Source: Octopus bimaculoides (lineage: Eukaryota). Taken from it: 64,000 nucleotides of DNA. The stretch lies in NCBI RefSeq assembly GCF_001194135.2, contig NC_068986.1, positions 115,038,485 to 115,102,484 on the forward strand, in the 5' to 3' direction. How positions within the stretch are numbered: position 1 is the stretch's first letter; each line of letters begins with the position of its first letter. Both the position numbers and the translations under genes were made by a program. This document shows positions 24,082 to 35,000 of the stretch, one piece after another. The notes under the pieces are model-generated. The model had not been told where the DNA came from. It saw only the letters and a list, made by a program, of their open reading frames with translations, and searched no databases.

Positions 24082-27000
24082 AATCTCGAAGTGCATCATT
24101 AGCATTACGTAAAAAAAGAGAAAATGGAAGAAAAAATGTCACGAAAAACAGCTTCGAATCCTTGAACTTTAGTACTGTTTATTGTGACCGTTTCGCATTG
24201 AATAGAAGTGAACAACAGTGTGCAACCAGAGACCAGAAAGAAAGAACAGCCTACAGTTTGAAAAAGAAATCAAATTGTTCCTCAAATAATAAAACTTAAT
24301 TCGCTTAAATTCCAAGTTATTGACGTTCTGTACAGTAAAGTGTGAGTGAGTGAGTCAGCGTGTGTGTGTGTGTGTGTATGTGTTGGTCTACAGTTTTTTG
24401 GTATTTATTAAGGACTTAAAAAAACAGACACAAGATTGTCAAGGGAAATAACTCTGCTTACATTAGCTATAAATATTGGAATTGATATTCAGAGCTATCT
24501 CTTTTCTTTCTGTTGTAGTGCTGCGGTGTCCGAAGGCGATAATAAATGGATAGGGAATAAATGGTATTGATGATAATCCTGATGATTGTGGTGATGGTGA
24601 TAGATGAGTGACCGTGGTGATAGTGTAATGATTTCTTTTTCAAACTGTAAGTTGTTCTTTCTTTTTGATTTTTTGGTTACACTCTGTCAGTCACTTCTTT
24701 GATGACAATGATGGTAATACTAATGATCGTGGCCATAATGATGGGAAAACAAAACTAAACCATTAACACGAGAATTGGTTATCAAGGGTGGCAGAGTTAT
24801 TTCCCTTGTCAATTTGTTCCGTTTTTGTTTTTCTTTCTTCCTTCTACAAACTAACAATATATGTTACAAAGTTAATGACTCTGGATATTAAATATCACCA
24901 CTTTTCTAGATCTTGCTTTCTTTTTATCCTTGTCTTCATCAAGTTTCTTCTTCAATATCTCCATTCAACTCCACATGCTTTCTTTACATACAGAAATCGT
25001 TCTCCTTGCACTGTTCCTCAATTCGGTGTTCACTGACCGTCACACTCTACTTCTCTCTCGGTTTAGTTTGGATTTCTCTTTCATCTTAGTAAATATTTAC
25101 AACCGCAACAAAAGTGATAGATTGGCCTAATCGCTAGAGTGACGAACAAAATGCTTTATCCTACTGAGTTATGTAATTTTTATGATCTGAGTTCAAAACC
25201 TGCAATGGCAGGTTTTATCTTTTCTCCTCCTGGTGTTGATAAAATAAGTACCATTGGACTACTAGGATCAATACAATCGATTGGGGCTCTCTCTCCGGGA
25301 AATCTGAAGCTTGGTTATTCTAGAAATCCAAAATACCCATCCACTATTCAATCACATTTTTCCAGTCTTGCTATACCTCTCACTTCCAATGGTCATAGCT
25401 TTTTTCCTTTTTATCTGCCATAAAACACCATCACACTTCTTACAGCCATATGTTTTCAGGCAAACACTTTTGCTAGCAGAAGCCCTCTGGAGGCCTTCTT
25501 TATTCTAGCTACATAACTTTTATTAAAACAGCTCATGGCTGGCACCAAAACACCAAACAAACTAGGTGATTGCCTAAAGTGCTAAAATGTGGGGGTGCCT
25601 CACAAACTCTGAATTAAAAAATATAGAAACTTTGTAATAAAGGGAACAGGAGGGGTCACTCTCTGAACAGAAGAGGATGGAGGACAGCTATGGCTAGAGA
25701 TGAGGGTAGACAAGGAGGACTGTGTTGTGATACGAACTGTCAAATGATTTAGTATGGAACATTTCAAAATTTGTCAACCAACAAGTTTATTCAGTGATAT
25801 ATGGGATCACAAAACTATAGATTTCTTGTTCCCAACTTATAATTTTCGGGGGTGCATTGTCAGCTGGTGTAAAACAAGGTGATAACAATGAGGGAGCTTA
25901 AGAAAATGGGCCGAACATTGTATAGGGCCCTTATTATATCACCTAGAGCAGTGCTACTTAAACTGAAAATACTAACCCCCCNNNNNNNNNNAACTTTTTG
26001 GTTTTTCTCACTTTTCATTAATCAGAAGACAAAAGCCATTCCTATAATTTGTTTTTCCTTATGGCATTGGGCAAGTTTAAAATGTTTTAAACTTATCTTA
26101 ATTTTATCAAATATAACAATTTTGTCTGCTCCTTTTTCGGTCCTTTCAGGTTCCACCACTCAGAAGAGCTTGGTGGTCCTTTTCTATTAGAAACATTGAC
26201 GAAGGTAATGTATTATCAGCAACATCAGGAGAGCCAACTGGATTATGAATGTCTTCTCTTTATTAAAAACAAATTCTATTTCCCAGTGAATCTCCTTTGA
26301 GTTCTGCATCATTTGTGTATCTGTTGTTTATTCCATGTCCATATTATTGACTTCCTACCAACTTGATTTCTTACATTGTCAGCAAGGCCACTGTTCATTA
26401 TAAATAAAAGTATGTTGTTATCTTTTTTTTTACTAATTTAAAAGGTTTGCTACATATTTTTTTTTTGGTAGCTCTTCAACAGATTCAGAACTAAAAATCA
26501 GATCTTTAGTAAACCCACAAGAATAACCTAGTCTAAAGGCATAGTTTAACCTTCTTTGCCATCTTTATCTGTAAATAAGGAGAAAGCACAAAATCTCTGT
26601 GCCTGTTGGAAATACATGGCATGTTATATACCTCTGCCAATTTATTGTATCTTAAAAGCATGAAACTATTTGTAGCTCTTTTGTAACTGTGAATATTAAA
26701 TGATATACAAATATTCTATAATTATAATCAGGGGTCAGCTAATTGCTTTATCACACACCAAATTTAGAAATAGGAGTTAAAATGCCTTTTCTGCTACTAT
26801 AAAGATCTCCCAGACAATAACACACTTTTTTTATGTAGGCAAAAAGAAAAAAGTAACGAATCCACAAAACTCAGATTAGCTACATATGCGTTTCGGGATT
26901 AAAGTAAAGTTATATTTACTTACTTATTTCCCATCTTCAGTGCAGCATTTTAAAATATAAATCTGAGAGTGTTAGGATTAAATATGCATGCGATCAAGCG

Positions 27001-27600
27001 TCATCGCACAACTGATATTCAACCAACACTTTCAAAAATATACAACCGAACGTGAACACGTACTCATCCTTAATACTCATGTGTGCGTTATGAGCACTCC
27101 TGCAGAAACTGCAGTTTCCAATCAGGGAGTAAATTATATTTCAAGAATAATAATAAAGAGAAGTAAAACTAATTAAGTAATCAATTAATTAATAATTAAT
27201 AATTTTACCAAGTAGTTTGGTACGTTAAAATAACCTTTTTTAGGTAAACTTATGCAAAATATTCTATAATTATAATCAGGAGTCAGCTAATTGGTTTACC
27301 ACAAACCGAATTTAGAAATAGGAGTTAAAATGCCTTTTCTGCTACTACAAAGATCTCCCAGACAATAACACACTTTTTTATACACACACACTTAAAACTC
27401 TTCCCCAGCACAGAAAAGTTCTTCATAGAAAACACAAGAAAAAGTTCTAAGCATAACATACAATTCTGAAGAAAACAAGAACCCAATATCTTTAAATAAT
27501 GTTTATTAACGAAATCATTTATAATAATAATAATTATAATAATAGTAATGATATATATACACATACATATATATAAATTTATATATACATATATATACAT

Positions 27601-27650
<50 letters not shown>

Positions 27651-28333
27651 CACTCAGTTTTTATATATACTTTATATATACACGCATATCTTTAGCTTTC
27701 ATTTGTTCAGGATCCTTAATTATTAACCCCTCGTTTGGTTGTTTTCATATGTTTTACTGTGAGAGTGAGGGTGGGTGGAGGAGTGCCGGAGGAGGGGAGA
27801 GACAGAGGAGGTAAGAGACAGTGGAAGGAGGAATTTGGATGGGTAGGTTGGGAGGATCCACAGTGTTTTCATTCATAAAGTGTTGAAGGTAACATTGAAT
27901 CGTGGGGTGGGGGGTAAGGAGGGGGGCAGATGATAATATAGAGCTCTCTTTAAGGGACATTGTTCAAATATGGGAAGATGTTGGGGGTGGGGTACAGGGG
28001 TAGGTAAAGATTTGTGTTTGTAAGATTTTAAATGATGTGAGGTGATGGTCTCCAAATAGGTTGACCTTCTCAGTACAGAATACATACACACACATATATA
28101 AGCACACACACATATATGTGTGTGTGTGTTTATATATATATATATACACATATATATAAAAGCTTGATTTTGCTGCCCCCGCTTTTCCATGTTAACATGG
28201 AAGGATGGTAGGATTAACGAAGCCGTTTGTTTAACAGACAGAGGCTCTTCCTGTCACCTGTTCTATTTTAGTCCCTTCTTACAACACACATGGACACACA
28301 GTATTTACTTTAAAACCAGGATATATATATATA

Positions 28334-28767
28334 TCATCATCATCATCATCGTCGTTTAACGTCCGCTTTCCATGCTAGCATGGGTTGGACGATTTGACTG
28401 AGGACTGGTGAACCAGATGGCTACACCAGGCTCCAATCTGATCTGGCAGAGTTTCTACAGCTGGATGCCCTTCCTAACGCTAACCACTCCGAGAGTGTAG
28501 GGGGTGCTTTTACGTACCACCAGCACGAAGGCCAGTCAGGAGGTACTGGCAACGGCCACGCTCAAAATGGTGTATTTTACGTGCCACCTGCACAGGAGCC
28601 AGTCTAGCGGCACCGGCACAATCTCGCTTGAATGTCTTTACACGTGCCAGGAAGGCGATGCTGGGTACAGGTGCCATCACGATTTCGCTTTCGCTTGCCC
28701 CAACAGGTCTTCACAAGCCGAGTTTCGTGTCCTGCATAGGAGGCAGTCCAGCGGCACTGGCAACGAT
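28334..28767 (-). mobile_element. Young 5'-truncated copy of the RTE-type LINE tail (family A, about 28 copies in the window)
   Basis: catcatcatcgtttaacgtccgctttccatgctagcatgggttggacgatttgactgaggactgg is nearly identical at 1569, 9000-9115(+), 14795-14945(+), 15516, 42775, 47560-47805(+) and 59729-59862. More diverged copies are scattered throughout. Confidence 0.88.
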
Positions 28768-29740
28768 ATATATATAGTTGCAAAGGAGTGGAAAATGGAC
28801 ATTGAAGGAGGGATCTATGGGAAGGCTAGAAAGAAGACGAGTGAGTATTCTCTACTGAATCTGTAATGTTAATGGACATAAAAGATGAAGCATAAATGAG
28901 CCGAGAGAAAAAAAAATATACGTATAAAATAAACTGGAATCAGACGGGGTGTGCAAGAGAGAAGACTGCACCATAATGGAGATGAAAGTCGGGTAAAAAA
29001 AGGGCCAAGGGATACAAGTGAAAAGAACCTGTCGAAGAAAGGAAGACTACAGAAAAGATGAAGACATGATGGAAGATGATTTAAGGAAGGTGAATTGCAC
29101 AAAGGCGATGACTTAAAGAGTGCAACATGTGGCAAGATGCTTTAGTAAAGAAAATCTATCCAACCCACACAAGCTTAAAAGAAATTGATGTAAAGTGATG
29201 ATAATATATGTGTGTGTGTGTGTGTGTTGAAGGTGTGTATGCAATACAAGAGACATGCAACACCACTTGACCTTTGGTAGACATGTACATATTTAATTTT
29301 CACTCTTTGGAGTGAATGAGAACATGCTGTTGTTATTAATTCTATAGAAAGATTTATATGCAGTTTTAAATGTCAGGTGTATGTCTGTGAGTGCATTATA
29401 CACCCACCCACAGATATACACACAGGATATATGTATATATAGACACATACAAACATATATATATGCACACACCTATATGTTTCTATACATAATTATATTC
29501 AATTATAGTTTTAAAGATGAGAATTCACTGCACAAGTCTTGTTTCTGAGATATTTTGAAGGACATGAAAGAGACAGGAAACTCAGAGAAGCAGCAGCAAC
29601 ACGGTCAGGCCTCAGCTACAGAAAGAATAACTATACTCTACTGCATGGAGTCAGTACTTTTCCTATTGTTTCAGCATCAAAATGCATATAAATGAGGCAT
29701 GACTACATAGATTTATACACACACACATGGATGTATATGC

Positions 29741-29773
<33 letters not shown>

Positions 29774-29859
29774 CAAAGGGCTCAGAGCGAGAGATCTGAG
29801 AGTCTTGACTCTCAAGATAGTTAATCAGTAACTGAGAGTCCCAGTAACAATGTGTGCGC

Positions 29860-29890
<31 letters not shown>

Positions 29891-31012
29891 CATACATTAT
29901 ACACACACACACACATACATACATATGCACAAACACATCGATATGTGTGTGTGTGTATGATAGACTTTCACTCTTTCCATCTCTCAGATTATACTCATAG
30001 GACATTGGTCAATCCAAGGGTTTGGTGGATGACACATGCCAGGAATGCTGTATGATGTGTTTGAACCTAGAATCAAATAGCTGCGAAGCAAACATCATAA
30101 CAACATGTCTAAGGCCCGCATCACCTCTAAATCATGTATTGAGTGTCACCTCTATAGCCTGTACAAGTACATCATCGATATCTATTATATAGAGTGTGTT
30201 ATGTATATATAAAGTAGACCTTGTAGAATGTGTCAATGTCAATAACGGAACAAAAACATTCAGCTTTGGGTTTCATGTTTTATGGCAAAACCAAGTTCTT
30301 CAAAAGTGGAAAATTTGAAATCAATTGATTTCATATATTTACACATCTGCATACATACAAAGATAGATATATATACACATATATACATTTATGTTTGACA
30401 GTTCACTATGTAGAAAAATTGTTTAATTTAGCAAGTGACCACATATTTATCTCAGAGCTTGCTGGTTGTGATGGTGGAGGTTTTGCCCTATAAAGAAAGG
30501 CATTGCAGCCACTGCGACGCCACTTTGTTACAGATTTGTAAGGCCACATTATATAATGTGTCCTTTCCTTTTTTTTTAAAGATGGCTGGGTAAAACTTTG
30601 AGGGAAAATTTGGCTGCTACTTCCAGTAGAGGCTCCCTCGTTGTAAGAAATGATAGAGGTGCTCTGTAAGAAATGACAAATTCCAACCATAAGATGGTTA
30701 AAAAAAAAAAAAAAAAAAAATTCTCCAAGAAGCTGTGAATTTAACAATATCTGAACAAGCTCAGTCATCTGTCAGGATCAGTAGAATTCCACAGAGAGGA
30801 ACTGGGAAATGCCATTCCCTATCTTGAAGTAGAAGTCTTCTTAATAGAAGCACTGGCAACAGCAGATGATGTGTGCTGCTAAAAGATTTACCGAAACCAA
30901 AAGTTGATGACTGCTACAGGAAATGAGAAAAACCTGCTAAGAAATGTCCAGTTTTATATATATATACATATACACATACATACAGAGTTTTCACCTTTAT
31001 TTACAGTATGTG

Positions 31013-31056
<44 letters not shown>

Positions 31057-31211
31057 AGTCGATGTGAAAATGTTGACTGTTAACAAAGTTATATATTTTT
31101 CAGTTTCTCAAATTTCTTTTCAATTCCATTTTTTTTTTATTGTTTATAATAAATTTTTTTTTACATGTATTGCTTATATTTCATTTCTTTTTGTTAAGTG
31201 TTGTTGTTGTT

Positions 31212-31420
31212 GCTTAGCTCCAGGCCAGCCCTGATTGATCAGAGCTCTGATCAAAGGTAATCCAAACACGGCCATCCTGTCTTTTTTTTTGTACACCAGG
31301 AACTACATTGTTACATGAAAACGTCTTTGTTTAAGACAGCAGTGCGGGATTCGAGGGAGATATGACTGTTACATCTAGCAAGTCCACTCACCCTCTTGTG
31401 GAGAATCACGAGAATTCTTT
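31212..31420 (+). mobile_element. Older SINE-like repeat, family F
   Basis: Diverged copies sharing ttagc(c/t)ccagg...gatcaaagg(c/t)attcc...catcc(t/c)gtct...ttggctg(c/t)tatttctagca at about 10395-10610, 18130-18285, 56040-56250 (+) and 45830-46040 (-). Confidence 0.6.
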
Positions 31421-31752
31421 TCTGTAGACATAAAAAACAAAAAAACATTGGCAACTGTGCACATGCATGCGTGTGTGTGTGTGTGTGTGTGTCTGTATGT
31501 GTGTGTGTGTGTGTCTGTGCACATGTGCACTTTCTGGTTGGCTTGGAATCAGTGGAGAACAGGGAGCAGGATGGCATGTTGTGTAGCAATTTGAGGGTCT
31601 GGGCCCTTCAACTTATCTGTCCTACATGGACCATTCCTGCTGTAAAGTGGGTTCCGAAACTTCCGTACTTGGATAAACATCAGGGTAGAAACGGTAGGAA
31701 TGAAAGGTGAACTGGAGTTTCTTCTTGGTTTGGTCCCCCGATGATGAACAGA

Positions 31753-31791
<39 letters not shown>

Positions 31792-31922
31792 AACACACAC
31801 AGACACACGTGTGTGTATATATGTGGGTCTATACACATACACACACACACACACAAACACATATAAAAATCCTGCTCTCTCTCTCTCTCCCCACACACCC
31901 ACAATCTGTTATTTTGGTTTAC

Positions 31923-32030
31923 GGCAATGTTTCTTGAGTAAAAACACGCAGATCATTGACCCAATAATAATGGCTGTCAGTGGAACGACGACAGTGATGA
32001 TGATGATGTTGTTGTTGTTGGAGGTTTCAT
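31923..32030 (-). CDS. CRIM1: CRIM1 transmembrane exon (DETSNNNNIIIITVVVPLTAIIIGSMICVFLLKKHC)
   Basis: gtctctttcag| acceptor, C|gtaaac donor, 108 nt, phase 1-1; about 24 hydrophobic residues followed by a KK stop-transfer signal. Confidence 0.82.
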
Positions 32031-35000
32031 CTGAAAGAGACAATGAGAATGGCTGTTACTGGAACGATGAGAGTGATGAGGGTGTTGATGTTGTTGTTGT
32101 TGTTGTTGCTGTTGGAACTGGCGGAAGATTTATCTGAAAATATTCAAATAAAAACACGCACGTGATTAATTGAAAGAAGACAAAGTAAATCAATGCAACG
32201 ATTTCTTAACGAGGCATCAATTGAATCTGAGTTTGTGGAAAGGCACTGCATGTAGAGTGGAGTATCTTGCTGAAGGTTGTAACTTAGAGAGCTTTTCCAG
32301 TTTGCAACAACTGGGAGAGGTTACACACAGAAGTTACATGCAGTGGAGATTACATGCAGTGGAGATTATATGCAGTAGAGGTTACATGCAGTGGAGATTA
32401 TATGCAGTGGAGATTATATGCAGTAGAGGTTACATGCAGTGGAGATTACATGGAATGGAGATTACATGCAGTGGAGGTTACATGCAGTGGAGATTACATG
32501 GAATGGAGATTACATGCAGTGGAGGTTACATGCAGTGGAGATTATAAACACTGGAGATTACAGAGAGTGGAAATTACATGCAGTGGAGATTATATGCAGT
32601 GGAGATTACATGCAGTGGAGATTATATGTAGTGGAGGTTACATGCAGTGGAGATTACATGGAATGGAGATTACATGCAGTGGAGATTACATGGAATGGAG
32701 ATTACATGCAGTGGAGATTACATGCAGTGGAGGTTACATGCAGTGGAGATTACAGAGAGTGGAAATTACATGCAGTGGAGATTACAGAGAGTGGAAATTA
32801 CATGCAGTGGAGATTATAAGCATTGAAGATTATATGCAGTGGAGATTATAAGCATTAGAGGTGATATGCAGTGGAGATTATAAGCATTGGAGATTAAATG
32901 CAGTGGAAATCATATGCAGTGGAAATCATATGCAGTGGAGATTACACAGAGTTGGGGTTGAATACGATGGAGGTTACATGCAGTGGAGGTTGAACACAGA
33001 AACGCTGAATAAAAATTGTTTGAAATTGCAGTTTTAAATGTTTTCACTTCAATCAAATTATTAGTAGTCAAGTCATAGAAATCAGGATGAACATCAGAGC
33101 TTCCCACTTCCATCCCTTAAAATATCAGACTTCATTCTGTTTCAGAAACTCTCAGATCTACCTTTCTAAGTCATTCATCTCCAGAGCTTCAGCCCTTACA
33201 TGACAGTTCTCTATCATATTTATTTCTCTGGAGATTCATTTAAACATGTCAAGCTAAGGAAGATCGCAGCCATCCATCCATACAGGTATCCATCCATACA
33301 TCCTTTATGGCCATTCTCCCCCCCCCCACTTCCTTCCCCAGCTGAGAGGGCTTTGTCTTGCAGGTGCTAGTGCTGCATAAAATACACTTGTGCTGGTGCC
33401 ACGTAAGATGCACTTGTGCCAGTGCCACATAAAAGCGCCCAGTACAATCTGTAAAGTGGTTGGAATTTGGAAGGGCATCCAGCTGCAGAAACCATGCCAA
33501 AACAGACAACTGGAGCCTGGAAAGCTCTCCGACCTGACCACCTCCTGGCAAACTGTCCAAACCATGCCAACATGGAAAATGGACATTAAACGATGATGAT
33601 GATGATGATGATGATATCATCACCATTTAATGTCTGTTTTCCATGTTGGCATGGGCTGGAAGGTATGGTAGGAGCTGGAAAGCCTGACATGTTAGATGAT
33701 GGTGATGGCGATGATGACAATGTTGATGGTAGTTGTTCCAGAGACCAGTTTGAGAAATATTGTTGTTTTCTTTAGGCCATCAGAGACATCCCAAAATGGG
33801 TGAAACGTTGAGTTTTAGTCTGAAACTCTTCTCTGCCCCACCCTCAATGTTCATTGCTACCAAGTAAAGCGAGAAGGAGAATCGATAATGTACATACCTG
33901 CAGTAATTCCGGTGGCATATGATGTTGGTTTTTTATTGACCTTTTCTTTGATGACTTCTGGAGGACCAACTGTGGTCAGTACAATGGGTATTTCCTTGGA
34001 TACGATTGACTTGGCTGTTTTAGTTTCATTATCTGGCAAAGAAGAAACAAAGAAGTCAGTCCGGTGTGTGTGTGTGTGTGTGTGTGTGTGCTGATGTCCG
34101 TATGTCTTCATGTTGACACAACTCATGTCAAGATGTCGCTATTCCTTGTGATTATGGTATGGTTTATGTCCTACAGAAAGAAAATTCTGATTGCTTGGTG
34201 GTTCATGTTAAATCACTGAATAAAAGGGATAGGTTTTGAACCTGAAATGACGTGGTTGCATGGGAAACTTCTTAAACCTCACAGCCATTTTAAAAATGAC
34301 AACGATGACCACCCCCACCACCACTACCACAAATCCCTAAAATGAAAAGGATTTTTACTTACCCAGACAGACTGCACAACACTGTCCTTTACGGAAAGAT
34401 GCCTGTTGACATTTCATGGGTGGACAATTCTGTGAGAAACAGTTGATACGTCCGTTTCGACACATACAGCTTTGGCAGGGACTCACACGCCATACTTCAC
34501 CATGTTTGAATGATGTCTCGCCTCTACAATACTTCAAGTGAGGCTTACTGACCGATGCCGGTTTGTCTGGGTATTGATCTGGTGAAGAAATAGACACAGA
34601 GTCAAGGACCTATGCAATAAATAAGTAACATCATGCACACACACACACACACACTTTCTCAAGCCCTGGGACTCCTTAGTCTGGTTCCCCAGTTTCTATG
34701 GCCGATATGTGACTGAGATCACAACAATCCCTCTGGATGACAAGATGCTCTACTATAGGGTTCAAGACCAACAATTTTTGAGGGGAGGGGAAAAGTCAAT
34801 TACACTGACTCCATTATGTGACTGGTATTTTATTTCATTGACCCTAAAGGCATGAAAGGCCAAGTTGAGCTTGGCAGGATTTGAACCTAGAACGTAGAGA
34901 GCTGCAAGAAATGCTGCTTAGCATTTTGTCTTTGTTTGTAAGTATGTGTGTAAAAAGCACCCAGTTCACTCTGTAAAGTGGTTGGCATTAGGAAGGGCAT

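Noticed and set aside
25947-26400. Possible hAT/Buster element starting at cctagag|CAGTGCTACTTAAACTG with a decayed transposase
   Set aside because: The terminus is suggestive, but no matching right end or TSD was found and no convincing transposase motif could be read.
32170-32851. Three long overlapping ORFs (MQWRLHAVEITCSGDY repeats)
   Set aside because: Artefact of a stop-poor 16-bp minisatellite inside a CRIM1 intron, on the opposite strand.
32910-33113. ORF MEVGSSDVHPDFYDLTTNN... as a CRIM1 cytoplasmic exon
   Set aside because: It lies 5' of the TM exon in transcript order, lacks good splice sites and runs into the minisatellite.
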